A stretch of 64,000 nucleotides of DNA from Tetramitus jugosus (Eukaryota > Protista > Heterolobosea), in the NCBI GenBank assembly GCA_937625935.1, contig OW569367.1, positions 124,001 through 188,000 of the forward strand, written 5' to 3'. This document shows, in pieces, positions 52,604 through 63,379 of this stretch. Under the pieces are notes generated by a model, which was given only the letters and a program-made list of their open reading frames with translations, ran no database searches and was not told the origin of the DNA. A program made the position numbers and the translations under genes. Each line of letters begins with the position of its first letter. Positions within the stretch are counted from its first letter, which is position 1.

Positions 52604-54262
52604 ATGAACAATAGCAACAATACGCAAGACGCCACAAGCACAACACCAAGACAAAACCAACAAGCACAACAACAACCTAGGCAAATTCATCACCACCATC
52701 ATCCCTCCCATCAGATCCCTCATCATCACCACTCTCACACTCATCATCACCATCACCACTATCAACAACAACAACAACAACAAGCACAACCACCCCTGTC
52801 GCACCTACAACTACAACAGCAACAACAATATTTAAACACGTTTGCCAATCGGAGAATCTTATCCGGTCATTGTCGTCATCACAATCATCGTTCGAGTCAC
52901 ATAAACACCACCGCCACCACTTCTTCATCTGTACAGCAGTCCACTCATGCGAATCAATCATTACCCACAGCGTCCACTACCACCGCACTAAACCATTATC
53001 ACAATTCTCCTCGTATTCCTTCTTCCATTTCTCATCAACAACAGGGTCACCACCACCACCAACAACAACAACAACAACCATCATCTTCACAAAACAATCA
53101 TCACCATCATCAGCACCACACTCCCCTACCATCAACAACAAACATGCACAATCATAATGCGAGCATGGATTACTTGTTAACCTTTTTTAGTCATGTTCGT
53201 TCAGGTGACATTGATCAAGTGAAACGAATGATCAAACATGACGCATCATTGATCAATGTGAGAACACCGGACGAGTGGTCATACACACCCATGCTCTGGG
53301 CTTCACAAATGGGTCACACAAGCATTGTTCAATATCTCATGGAAGTGGGTGCTGACTTTCATGCACAGGGCAACAAGATCAAGTGGAAACCAATATTGAT
53401 TGCATGTCGATATGGTCACACTGATATTGTGAGACTGTTGTTGGACGCTGGAGAAGATGTGAACATTCGGCTGCAACACGACAATCAATTCACTCCACTT
53501 CACTATGCAGCACAGTACGGTCATCCTGAATTGGCACGATTATTATTGGAGAGAGGTGCCAGTTTGACTCTTGTGGGTGGACTGGGACTGCGACCCATTC
53601 ACACCGCATCCAATCACGGCAAAACCCAAGTCATTGACATTTTGTTGGAGCATGGTGAAGATGTGAATGTGATTCATGAATCGGATTGGAGGTATGCTCC
53701 ATTGCATTGGGCCGTCCAGGAGAATCAATTGGACACGATTGAGTTTTTGTTGCAGCGAGGTGCAGATGTAAATATGAGAACGGGAAAGAATTTGATGACA
53801 CCATTGTTGCAGGCGAGTCGAAAGGGCTTCCACGACGCAGCAAGACTCTTGTTGCGATATGGAGCTGATTATAGGATTGTGAGTCCGTTGGGCTTGAGAC
53901 CCATTCACACTGCATCGTGCTACGGTCATACGATGACGATTAAACTCTTGTTGGAACATGGTGAAGATGTCAACATTTTGCACAGCTCAGAATGGAGATA
54001 TTCATCACTGCACTGGGCCGTGCAGCACGGTCATTTGGAAACGTGTCGTTTCTTGTTGGACAATGGGTGCAATATGCGTGTGAAGACTGGAAAGATACCT
54101 CGCAGTGCAATGCATCTCGCACGGAAGAACAACCACCCTCACATTGTTGAACTGCTCAAGCAATTTACAATCAAAGAGATTGAACCCATGGCTAAGATTA
54201 TGATGACAAGTGTACAGAGCAGAAAGTTTATCGATATCGAGATTGTATGTCAATCGTCATAA
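52604..54262 (+). CDS. Ankyrin-repeat protein with H/Q-rich N-terminus
   Basis: About 10 repeats of the type TPLHYAAQYGHPELARLLLERGA. Confidence 0.9.
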   Translation: MNNSNNTQDATSTTPRQNQQAQQQPRQIHHHHHPSHQIPHHHHSHTHHHHHHYQQQQQQQAQPPLSHLQLQQQQQYLNTFANRRILSGHCRHHNHRSSHINTTATTSSSVQQSTHANQSLPTASTTTALNHYHNSPRIPSSISHQQQGHHHHQQQQQQPSSSQNNHHHHQHHTPLPSTTNMHNHNASMDYLLTFFSHVRSGDIDQVKRMIKHDASLINVRTPDEWSYTPMLWASQMGHTSIVQYLMEVGADFHAQGNKIKWKPILIACRYGHTDIVRLLLDAGEDVNIRLQHDNQFTPLHYAAQYGHPELARLLLERGASLTLVGGLGLRPIHTASNHGKTQVIDILLEHGEDVNVIHESDWRYAPLHWAVQENQLDTIEFLLQRGADVNMRTGKNLMTPLLQASRKGFHDAARLLLRYGADYRIVSPLGLRPIHTASCYGHTMTIKLLLEHGEDVNILHSSEWRYSSLHWAVQHGHLETCRFLLDNGCNMRVKTGKIPRSAMHLARKNNHPHIVELLKQFTIKEIEPMAKIMMTSVQSRKFIDIEIVCQSS

Positions 54263-54498
54263 AACATTTTTGAAACCACCAAACGGAGTCTTGTAGTAGT
54301 TTTGACATCGATCCAAATATTCCCGGTCCAAACTTTTGTTCCGTTGAGCAATAAAAATAGCCCTTATCTCATTTTTCCTGAGGCGAAAAGGATGACATGT
54401 GATAAACAACTATTGTGAGTTCAGTTTTCATGTAAAACAAAACAAACACCAAACACGACAACATCAATATCGTTCGCATCAGATAACAAACAACAAGG

Positions 54499-55536
54499 AT
54501 GACACAAGACAAGAAACACAATCAACCGTTCTCACACAGATTGATCGCTGGTGGTATTGCTGGAACCAGTGAGATTCTAGTCATGGTATGGTAGTTGTTG
54601 TTTTTATTTCTTGTTCTGAACATTCATCTTGTACGTCATGTACATGTCATCAAATAACATGTGACTTGACTCACACACACACACTCTCTCCATTCTTCGA
54701 TCGAATGACAGTATCCATTGGACGTTGTCAAGACGAGAGCTCAATTGAATGCTGCTCCAGGTCAATCCATTCCTATTTGGAGCACCATGGTCAACATTGT
54801 CAAGCAAGATGGCTTCTCAAAGCTCTACAGAGGAATCGTTCCACCCATTTTAATGGAGGCACCAAAGAGAGCCGTTAAATTTACCGCCAATTCAACCTAT
54901 GCTGGAATGTTGCGCGATGCAAATGGAAATCTCTCTCAGACCAATGCCATCTACTGTGGTATGGGAGCTGGTGTGACGGAGGCTTTTGTTGTTGTTCCAT
55001 TCGAGTTGGTCAAGATTCGTCTTCAGGCCAAGGAGAACATGGGTGTTTACAAAAATACGACCGACGCACTCAAGAAAATTATACAAAAAGAGGGTCCACT
55101 CGCTCTGTACAAGGGTCTCGAGTCAACCATTTGGAGAAACGCATCTTGGAACGGAGGTTACTTTGGTTTGATTCACATGTTGACTGACATGTTGCCAAAG
55201 CCAAAGACCGAGTCTCAAACATTGGGCAGAGATTTCATTGCTGGAGCAATGGCTGGAACTTTTGGTACCATGTTGAACACTCCGTTCGATACTGCAAAGA
55301 CCCGTATTCAAAACCAAGGAGCTCTCTTGAAGGCTGGTGAGACACCAAAGTACGGATGGACTTTGCCTGCATTGAAGACAATTTACCAAGAGGAGGGTGC
55401 ATTGGCACTCTACAAGGGATTTGTACCAAAGGTGTTGAGATTAGGCCCAGGAGGTGGTATCTTGTTGGTTGTATTCAAGAAGGTTTCTCAGGTTTTGGAA
55501 GAGTGGGACGAGCAAAAGAAAGCTACCGCTGTATAA
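54499..55536 (+). CDS. Mitochondrial 2-oxodicarboxylate carrier (ODC/SLC25A21-like), 2 exons: 54499-54585 and 54712-55536
   Basis: IAGGIAGTSEILVM-YPLDVVKTR, YRGIVPPILMEAPKRAVKF, three Px[DE]xxK signatures and PKVLRLGPGG. Confidence 0.9.
54586..54711 (+). other. Spliceosomal intron (126 nt) in the ODC gene
   Basis: GTATGG donor, CAG acceptor, phase 0. Restores MYPLD. Confidence 0.9.
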
Positions 55537-55564
55537 ACAACAACTTTCATGTACAATTTTGATC

Positions 55565-57013
55565 CTAGGATTTGTTTATTTCTAGTTGGTCTTCGTATTC
55601 TCTCTCGGCCTCCTGCGACAGTTCGAATAGATAGGACTCTGTCAGTTCATTGCACCAACAACGGTAGAAGTAAATCTTGTGTTCCAACAGTTTAAGCTTC
55701 TTGCTAGCTTTGCCTGAGCTGGCAAATGACGATCTTGCCATCCTTTCCAATCGGTTATTGGGCGTGTTGTTCTTGGTTTGCCTACCTCTATTTACGGCAG
55801 AGACAACCAAGAGCTGCAACTCACGAAGACAACGCATCACAGACACCTTACGCTGCAAGATTAAGCTCACATCTTTTAAAACACTAATCGAATATTGAAC
55901 ACTGTGAAATACAGATGGATTCTGGCAATTCTCCACGATAGTCAATGCGACTTGTCTCATATTTTCGAACAGAACAGCATTCTGTGATGGAGTATGGATG
56001 GATGTTGGTTTCGATGAAGGTGTAGGTAGTTTTAAATGGAGACTATTGCAACACAGAGTCAACAACATTTGTACAAAATCGAATAGGAGCTCGGTCTCTA
56101 CATGATCAAAACATGCACTGGTAATACTTGTACTGCTCTTAGTATCCTGATCATCTTCACTATTCTGTTCACTGCTGTCGTTCACAGTTAACTCTCCGTT
56201 AAAAATTCGTTGTAAATACGCATATCCAAATAAAATTTCAATCAGATAAAACGACAGGACAGGTGATGCACCATTGTTCGATAATTGACTCAGTGATGGC
56301 AACAACGAATCGTCATACGTATCATCTCCATCGGTCAATACGACTACTCTTGTGCGATTGTTCGATATGCCTTGTTCAAGCAACCACCATGGTTTCCACA
56401 GTGACATCCATTTTGATAACCGACCGTCGATCAATGCCTTTTCAAAGTCTCTTCTAATCTTGGATGGAAGTGCATCCATTGTTGTTGAATCATCACTACT
56501 ACTTTGGTCCTCATTCCGATCATGATTCGTATGACTAGCGGCGCTCGTACTACTCATACTAGTTGTTGTCGTTGTCATTGTTTCCAATTGAGCTAACACA
56601 CTCTTGAATTCTTCATCTGAAATCTCATCCCACACATTTCTATCATTATCGTTATTATCGTTATTGTCATCGCCCCAATTCTCATGATGATCCATCATGT
56701 TCATCTGTTCATTTTGTTGTTCTTGTTGTTCTTGTTGATGATGGAATCGATTCAACATTTCACTGGTCTGTTTCTTGAGTTGTTCTCTGTCTTCGAGATC
56801 ATTGCCCATCATCATGAATTGATGCAACTGATCCGTGTGAAACTGTTGAGTGCAATGATTCGAGTGTTGTTTGTAACATGGGAGACTACAGTAACAAATG
56901 TTGCACTTGGGACAAGTGTACTTGGTATATTGTTGATTGCATATGGTACAGATGAGACCTAGGGAAGCGACAGACGTTTGTCGTTGTTTGATTGTTGTTT
57001 GATCAACGTTCAT
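55565..57013 (-). CDS. ZNHIT2: HIT-type zinc finger protein 2 (U5 snRNP/R2TP cofactor)
   Basis: CTICNQQYTKYTCPKCNICYCSLPCYKQH...CTQQF, WKPWW and KLKLLEHKIYFY. ATG at 57013. Confidence 0.82.
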   Translation of the reverse strand: MNVDQTTIKQRQTSVASLGLICTICNQQYTKYTCPKCNICYCSLPCYKQHSNHCTQQFHTDQLHQFMMMGNDLEDREQLKKQTSEMLNRFHHQQEQQEQQNEQMNMMDHHENWGDDNNDNNDNDRNVWDEISDEEFKSVLAQLETMTTTTTSMSSTSAASHTNHDRNEDQSSSDDSTTMDALPSKIRRDFEKALIDGRLSKWMSLWKPWWLLEQGISNNRTRVVVLTDGDDTYDDSLLPSLSQLSNNGASPVLSFYLIEILFGYAYLQRIFNGELTVNDSSEQNSEDDQDTKSSTSITSACFDHVETELLFDFVQMLLTLCCNSLHLKLPTPSSKPTSIHTPSQNAVLFENMRQVALTIVENCQNPSVFHSVQYSISVLKDVSLILQRKVSVMRCLRELQLLVVSAVNRGRQTKNNTPNNRLERMARSSFASSGKASKKLKLLEHKIYFYRCWCNELTESYLFELSQEAEREYEDQLEINKS

Positions 57014-57123
57014 GCTGCTTTTGTTTTTTTGTGTGAACGAAGCACATTGAATTTTGCGCTTCAAGGAACGTGGAAGTCCAGAGCTAAAAGTTTTTATTCT
57101 GTGTTTCACATCGTAGCACTCGA

Positions 57124-58086
57124 TTACTTCATGGATTCGACTCGTTCTCTCTCTGCAGCCTCCAAATCTTCCTTGCTCAATCCCAGCGCCTGTCTCTTCT
57201 TTGCAGTGTTCATATTTGGTCTCAACACCCATTCATTCTCCGCATCTCTCATATCTATCGTTCCCAGTTTGATCTGATAGCACATCATCTCAAATCTAGG
57301 TCCAATCTCCTTCAACAGCACCTTTTCTGTTGATGATTTGGCCTTTGAGTACGTGTGATGCCTAAATGATATAAAATCGTTTTGATTGGCAAATGTCATG
57401 ACACGCTTCGACTCTGCATTGGGCACAGGGAACAAATACTTTAGAATGGTTGCGACTCGATCACCCAACTTTGTCTTAAAATTGTGAAAGATCAAATGAG
57501 GGTACACTTGAGGCATCGTTGTAGCAGCGTCCTCTGTTCCCTGAAGCACATCATGCCTCGTAACCACATTGTACAGTGTAAAGTAAGCAGTGGGACCGTG
57601 TGGCAAATGAGAAATAATCATTGAATCGGGAACACCTCTGCTCTCGTGCACCAAAATCAAATCAGTGAAACCATTTGTGACGGCAGCCTGTGTCAGCGTA
57701 GACAATTGTTGACTACCTCTGTTGACACGTTGACAATTGGGGAACAAGTATCGCAGTTCCTTTAGGAATCGATTCATAGAGTCTGATGGCTCATGAGAGC
57801 TTGTCAATAGAATTTTTGGATCTTGTGCACCTGCCATTGCATATTCATTGTCCAATTGGTCCGATGCAGATTTTTCATTGTTGTTGTTGTTATTGTTGTT
57901 TACTTGATGTGCAAATCCATATTCCTTTTCTTTGGCTTCTGCTTCCAAGTCCATATCACTGATGGGTGTTCCCTTTTCGAGTGCTTCTCTGAGACGGACC
58001 TTTCTATCCAATCTCTCTCTCTCTTCTTGTTGCAATGAACGGTTGTATAGGAACTCTCTTCGGAGTCTAGCGTTTTTTCGAAGCAT
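57124..58086 (-). CDS. IMP4: U3 snoRNP Brix-domain protein IMP4
   Basis: MLRKNARLRREFLY, HESRGVPD, HLPHGPTAYF, DFISFRHH and EIGPRFEM. Confidence 0.95.
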   Translation of the reverse strand: MLRKNARLRREFLYNRSLQQEERERLDRKVRLREALEKGTPISDMDLEAEAKEKEYGFAHQVNNNNNNNNEKSASDQLDNEYAMAGAQDPKILLTSSHEPSDSMNRFLKELRYLFPNCQRVNRGSQQLSTLTQAAVTNGFTDLILVHESRGVPDSMIISHLPHGPTAYFTLYNVVTRHDVLQGTEDAATTMPQVYPHLIFHNFKTKLGDRVATILKYLFPVPNAESKRVMTFANQNDFISFRHHTYSKAKSSTEKVLLKEIGPRFEMMCYQIKLGTIDMRDAENEWVLRPNMNTAKKRQALGLSKEDLEAAERERVESMK

Positions 58087-58237
58087 TTGTTGTTGTGTGT
58101 GTCCAGTTAGTTGTTTTGTGTCGAGCTTTTTTGTGTCGGTGAAAAGTTGTTGTGTGAATTGTGTTGAATTTCAATCAAATCGTGGAATGTTCATGAAAAT
58201 AATATATATTACTCCGCATTGAGATGGCGTATTGTAT

Positions 58238-59224
58238 TTACAACCGAGAACGAATGGTGGTGCCATCTGACATCAGGTTCTTCTGACCCACCATCTTTTG
58301 GGCCTTTGTCGGTTTCTTTTTACCATTTGTCGTTGTGGACTGAGAAGTCTCCTTTTTCGTATTCGTGGAGCTGGTTGGTGTCTTTTTCTTTGGTGGTGTG
58401 CCTGTGGTCGATCTCTTGTTTGCAGTCTTGGATGCTCCCTTCTTTGCTGGAGCTTTCAATCCCATATCTTCTTGCATCTGTTGATACTCAACGAGATATG
58501 AGCTCCAATCTTTGGCATATCGGGATTGAATCTCAGCCTCTGTCAATGCACTGGCGAAATGTTTCTTGTCCAGAGCAGCACTGACCGAAAATTGGACAGC
58601 TTCCAATGATTCCAACACAGATTTCAATGTATCTAATGAAACAACTTGCAGCTTCGGTTGCATTGCAGGAGATTTAACAACAGTCGTCCCTATGCAATAA
58701 AACATGGCAGGAACCGTTTGCTTACTATACTTTTGTTTCTTTGTCGTGGATGACGTTGCTTTATCATCATCCTCGGCCAATATATCAGAAACATGCACTT
58801 CGGCCATCATTGGCTTCACTCCAAACTTTTCAGCCAATTCACCATTCACATCTGCCCAAACATTCACACCAGATGGTATCCTACCTGCAATCTTATTATC
58901 AAACTCCTCCAGACTCGAGCATGTGACACATAAATGAATATTAGAAATGTGGCGAGAGATGGTGACGGCAGTTTTGGTTGCATTGATGAGTGAACTGGCA
59001 AATTGATCGACAGAGTGATCGGGTTTCGGTAGGAAGCACATGACTGTTACCTTGTTGTTGGATGCGAGTTGGGACGAGGAGAGTGATTTGCGTCCACCGG
59101 TAACAAAACTCAAGAGACTCTTTCTGCCTTGGATCTCAAAGTTGGGGATATTGCTGCCTGCGGGTAAAGCATTCTTGTAGGACCAGTCCCACCACGCACC
59201 AGGAGTTCTTTCCTTGTAAGACAT
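58238..59224 (-). CDS. Peroxiredoxin/AhpC-like thioredoxin-fold protein lacking the peroxidatic Cys; C-terminal SRL
   Basis: AGSNIPNFEI, VMCFLPK, VWADVNGELAEKFGV and PAMFY follow the AhpC/BCP layout; basic tail. Likely ATG at 59224. Confidence 0.55.
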   Translation of the reverse strand: MSYKERTPGAWWDWSYKNALPAGSNIPNFEIQGRKSLLSFVTGGRKSLSSSQLASNNKVTVMCFLPKPDHSVDQFASSLINATKTAVTISRHISNIHLCVTCSSLEEFDNKIAGRIPSGVNVWADVNGELAEKFGVKPMMAEVHVSDILAEDDDKATSSTTKKQKYSKQTVPAMFYCIGTTVVKSPAMQPKLQVVSLDTLKSVLESLEAVQFSVSAALDKKHFASALTEAEIQSRYAKDWSSYLVEYQQMQEDMGLKAPAKKGASKTANKRSTTGTPPKKKTPTSSTNTKKETSQSTTTNGKKKPTKAQKMVGQKNLMSDGTTIRSRL

Positions 59225-59378
59225 GTTATTGATTGGTTGTTTGTACGAAGTTGATGATTGTGTTTTGTGTGCTGTTTTGATCGGCGGCTGCGCAATAATC
59301 TTCCGAAAACTGAGATCTGTGTCAGTGAGATGCGTCATATGATAAGCTGGGTAGTGGAGGAGACTGATGGGCGTAAGT

Positions 59379-61775
59379 TTATTTCTTGGACTTTTGCTTG
59401 TAGCCCTTCTTCTCTTGTTCTTGTTTCTGTTTGATCACGTCGTCAAATGTTCTCTGGACTAGTCTTTTGGAAATGGCTTGGATCTTGTCTCCCTTCTTGC
59501 CTTCATCGTATCCTTCGATAGCAATAGCACACTCGGAGCCCTTCTTTACTTCCTTGGCTTTCTCTTTGAACAACTGCAGCGACACTAACTTGCAATTGTC
59601 AACAAGTGTCTTACCAAATCGAACAACTCTATAGTAATTGGCGTCGGCCTTCAGTACTCCCTCAGTCACCAAACCTCCAATCACAAACTGCTTGAACGAT
59701 TTTCCATTGTCACTCTTCATCGAGATCTCAAATGATTGCTTGAATTCTAACTCACCAATCACATCTTCATGTTCCACTACTGGCAGAATCTTTGTCAACT
59801 CTCCCTTCAGGTAATCAATCAAATGATAAATGACCTTGAAGTGTACCAATGGGATCTTCATATTTTGTGCTTTAAGCGACAGTGCTGATGAGGCCTTAAT
59901 GTTCATACCAATGATCTGTGCACCAGTAGCCTTTGCTAGTTCAATATCACTATCACTAATCTGTCCCACGCTCTCTTTCACGATTTGAATACGAACTTCG
60001 TCATTTGGGAAAGATGAAATAATGTTGTGGAAGGCATCGAGCGCTCCTCTGACATCAGCTTTGATAATGACAGCCAGAGTAGGTCGCTTGTCTGCAAACA
60101 TCTCTTCCACTTCGTCTTCCACTTCACCCATCTCTTCTGCTTCTGTTTGATCTGATCCATGAATGAACTTGTCTTGGCGCTTCTTCAACGCTTCTTCCTT
60201 TAGTGAGGCAAGCTCCAGTTTTTGTTCAAATACTTTCATTGCGTCTTCTTCTTCTCTCTCGTATTGAGTCTCTAGCAACCGATATTCAATCATTCGTTTT
60301 GCATGAATTTCATCTGGTACTTCGAGAATGACATCACCAGCCTCAGGCATTCCATTGAATCCAATGATTTCAACAGGGTCCGATGGATATCCTTCCTTCA
60401 TCTGCTTAAGATTCTGATCTCTAATGGATTTGACTCTACCATAGGTCAACCCTGCGACAAAAAACTGTCCAGGCTTCATTGTACCTCGTCTGACGATCGC
60501 AGTGGTCGTGAGTCCTAATCCCTTATCGACTCTGCCCTCGATCACAGTGGCTTCCATTGAGCAATTCTTCCTTTTTGCCTTCAAGTCCAACATTTCAGCC
60601 TGAAGTGCAATTGCTTCCAACAACTGTTCAATGTTTTGTCCCTTGAGTGCACTGATGCCCACTACTTGAACATCACCCTGATACTTCTCGGTCACAATCT
60701 CATAATTGAGCAACTGTTCTTCAATTTTTTCAGGATTAGCATTGTCCTTGTCAATCTTATTAATGGCGACAATAATTGGTACACCATAGTTTTTTGCGTG
60801 CTTGATGACTTCGACAGTCTGAGGCATGACACCATCATCAGCCGCAATCACCAAAACAATGATATCAGTCACTTTTGCACCAGCACTTCTCATACGAGTG
60901 AACGCTTCGTGACCTGGTGTATCAATAAACGTCAATGTATCATTCTCTGATCCCATTCCTTCCAATTTGACCTTGAATGCACCAATGTGCTGTGTAATAC
61001 CACCGGCTTCTCTCTCTGCCACATTCGTCTTCCTCAACGTGTCCAACAGTGTTGTTTTTCCGTGATCTACGTGACCCATAATCGTAACGACAGGCGATTT
61101 TCTGACTGCACCCTCCTCACCACTCAAATTCTCAAACGGTGTGACCACTTGGAATGAATCACCAAACTTTTCCAAATCACCAGTGTTTAGCTCTAACCGA
61201 GACTCAATTCCCAAATCGGAACACAGATTCATAATCATATCAGTGGTCAACACATCTTCCAATGTGTAGTTGTCAAGTGGCAAAAAATGTTGCAAATCGT
61301 TGGCTTTGCATCCGAGTGCATCTCCGAGCATACGACAGCTCATTGGTCCACTAAACTTGAAAATGGCTGTTGGTCGATTACTACTCACATTTTCTGTACT
61401 GTTGCTTTTGTTGTTATTGTTATTTGATGCTGGTGGTTGTTGTTTAGCAGAGAGATGCCTTATGATTTGAGATCGAATCTGTCGAGTGATCGATGGATCA
61501 TTGAGTCTCTCCTGTTTCTTCATATCAATAAATGCTCTTTTTCTTGTCATATATGCTTGGAATCTTCGACTTCGTGTAGATGCTGGAGATGCGTAGGATC
61601 GACACTGTGCGGGATAAAGACTGATCATGTGAGGGTGGTGCTGAGTGATGATGCGACGATGATGCAGCAGCATCAGTGATGTTGTGGAGGACCTGACATG
61701 ATCAAACAATGCATATTGTTGTTTCTTCTGTTGCAGGAAAATGGTTCGTGTGATGGGTTGTTTGAGCTTGTGCAT
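59379..61775 (-). CDS. MTIF2: Mitochondrial translation initiation factor IF-2
   Basis: PVVTIMGHVDHGKTTLLD, EAGGITQHIGA, DTPGHEAF and NKID; Arg-rich presequence. Confidence 0.95.
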   Translation of the reverse strand: MHKLKQPITRTIFLQQKKQQYALFDHVRSSTTSLMLLHHRRIITQHHPHMISLYPAQCRSYASPASTRSRRFQAYMTRKRAFIDMKKQERLNDPSITRQIRSQIIRHLSAKQQPPASNNNNNKSNSTENVSSNRPTAIFKFSGPMSCRMLGDALGCKANDLQHFLPLDNYTLEDVLTTDMIMNLCSDLGIESRLELNTGDLEKFGDSFQVVTPFENLSGEEGAVRKSPVVTIMGHVDHGKTTLLDTLRKTNVAEREAGGITQHIGAFKVKLEGMGSENDTLTFIDTPGHEAFTRMRSAGAKVTDIIVLVIAADDGVMPQTVEVIKHAKNYGVPIIVAINKIDKDNANPEKIEEQLLNYEIVTEKYQGDVQVVGISALKGQNIEQLLEAIALQAEMLDLKAKRKNCSMEATVIEGRVDKGLGLTTTAIVRRGTMKPGQFFVAGLTYGRVKSIRDQNLKQMKEGYPSDPVEIIGFNGMPEAGDVILEVPDEIHAKRMIEYRLLETQYEREEEDAMKVFEQKLELASLKEEALKKRQDKFIHGSDQTEAEEMGEVEDEVEEMFADKRPTLAVIIKADVRGALDAFHNIISSFPNDEVRIQIVKESVGQISDSDIELAKATGAQIIGMNIKASSALSLKAQNMKIPLVHFKVIYHLIDYLKGELTKILPVVEHEDVIGELEFKQSFEISMKSDNGKSFKQFVIGGLVTEGVLKADANYYRVVRFGKTLVDNCKLVSLQLFKEKAKEVKKGSECAIAIEGYDEGKKGDKIQAISKRLVQRTFDDVIKQKQEQEKKGYKQKSKK

Positions 61776-61970
61776 TTTTTTGTTGAAGTTTGTTTTTTTG
61801 GCGTTGGTTGGTTAGTTCGTTGGATTGAGAGACAAATGTGGATGATGTTTGTTGTGTCTCTGTCTGTTTTTCTGTGTGGGAATATTCACACAAGATTTCT
61901 CCTCAGGTTCAACCAAACTCTTGCAGCAAAACAAGTTTTACCGATTGTTTTGGCGGAGATGTTGGGCGGC

Positions 61971-63302
61971 TTAGTTCAATTCCTGGTAGATTTCGGACTG
62001 TCTGACATAGGAGAGCAATTGTTCCACGAGCTCATACAGTTCGTGCCAGCTCTTTTCCAGCAGGATCTGCAACCTGGGAGAGAGCTGCTTCAGCACATAA
62101 ATGCTGAGGAGAAGACCATGGAAATAGATTGCTGTTGTGAGATACATCAGGTTGTTAATGATCTCCTTTGGTATGTTGGCAAAACTAATCGTTCTCAAAT
62201 AGAGTGTTATGAGTCTATAGTACATGTCTGGGTTTCTCTTGCGCAAGTGTGTGATCAGACCCAAGATATACAACAGTGTCCGCTCTCGGATATCTGATAT
62301 TGCACTCAATTGCGAGAGTCTTTGTTTCAGAAATATATCTAGCAACAGAGAATAGTAAAGTACAAATGGTTTGACTTGGTGTTGGAACGCCTTGTGCAGT
62401 CGTGCAGAAGCGACAAGTGCAGCCAACGAAAGAGCAGTGAACACCTTTAGAGAGATCTCAACACTGTTCAACACCAGTGTCATATAAAATGGTACAATCG
62501 GTAAACTTCTCATCTTTGAAGCAATCAACTGTGATCGGTCCACTGCCTTAAAAGTTCCACTGTACAAATCTTCCTCCTCGGTCTCATTGTTGCCTCTTGT
62601 TTTAGTGTCATCTTCGCCCTCTGACCGTTGAGAGGAAAAGAACGACGCCAAACTCAATAAGCTCTTCACCCAGTCCATTGCTATCGTTACCATACCATGG
62701 CTATTTACATTCTTCTGTTTTTTCGCTTCTCCCTGCTTGCCACTCTTTTTCTCGTTACTTCCTTGTTCCTCTTCTTCCTGTTCGCTCTCATCTTGCTCCT
62801 CCAAAATCATATAGATATCAATCATCGTATGAAAAATGCGTCGCAATATCTCTCGGATACGAAATCGTTTGACTCTTCGATGCAATTCCTTCAAGTGTGA
62901 TGTCATGGCAATGGAATCTTCACTTGTGGGATCACTTAGCTTTTGAATCATATTGTGTTGTGCAAATGATCCAATAAACCGATGACTATCAGGAATGGTT
63001 CTATGCTGCCTCAACACCATATCATCGCTCTCATCGCTCCAAATCATCATGTTTTCATGGTTCTTCCTCGTGTTCTTGTCATGAGTTTGTCGTACTCGTT
63101 GTGAGGATACACTACCTGATGGGGTCGACACTGAACACGAAGAAGCAGAGAGCAGAGATTGTGATGATCCTGCCGTCGTCTGATGTCGAATGTTCAGATG
63201 ACCCATGAGGATGAGACACCTCCTGTGAGAGTTCTCCTGTGAGGAAGAAAAACAACATGACGGCATTCGTCTCTTCTTCTCTTCCAGATCTGCATGATAC
63301 AT
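61971..63302 (-). CDS. Hypothetical protein with hydrophobic helical C-terminal half
   Basis: 443-aa ORF filling the gap between IF2 and DyP; no family recognised; start uncertain. Confidence 0.6.
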   Translation of the reverse strand: MYHADLEEKKRRMPSCCFSSSQENSHRRCLILMGHLNIRHQTTAGSSQSLLSASSCSVSTPSGSVSSQRVRQTHDKNTRKNHENMMIWSDESDDMVLRQHRTIPDSHRFIGSFAQHNMIQKLSDPTSEDSIAMTSHLKELHRRVKRFRIREILRRIFHTMIDIYMILEEQDESEQEEEEQGSNEKKSGKQGEAKKQKNVNSHGMVTIAMDWVKSLLSLASFFSSQRSEGEDDTKTRGNNETEEEDLYSGTFKAVDRSQLIASKMRSLPIVPFYMTLVLNSVEISLKVFTALSLAALVASARLHKAFQHQVKPFVLYYSLLLDIFLKQRLSQLSAISDIRERTLLYILGLITHLRKRNPDMYYRLITLYLRTISFANIPKEIINNLMYLTTAIYFHGLLLSIYVLKQLSPRLQILLEKSWHELYELVEQLLSYVRQSEIYQELN

Positions 63303-63379
63303 GATGATTGATTTTGTTGTTTTTGTTTTTCGGATTTTTTATTTCCAAAATAATAATTTAGTTGTGTGCTCGTTTGTAT

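Noticed and set aside
57014-57232. Apparent overlap of ZNHIT2 with IMP4 in the ORF track
   Set aside because: The upstream extension is an alternative frame of the IMP4 3' end. The plausible ZNHIT2 ATG at 57013 removes the overlap.
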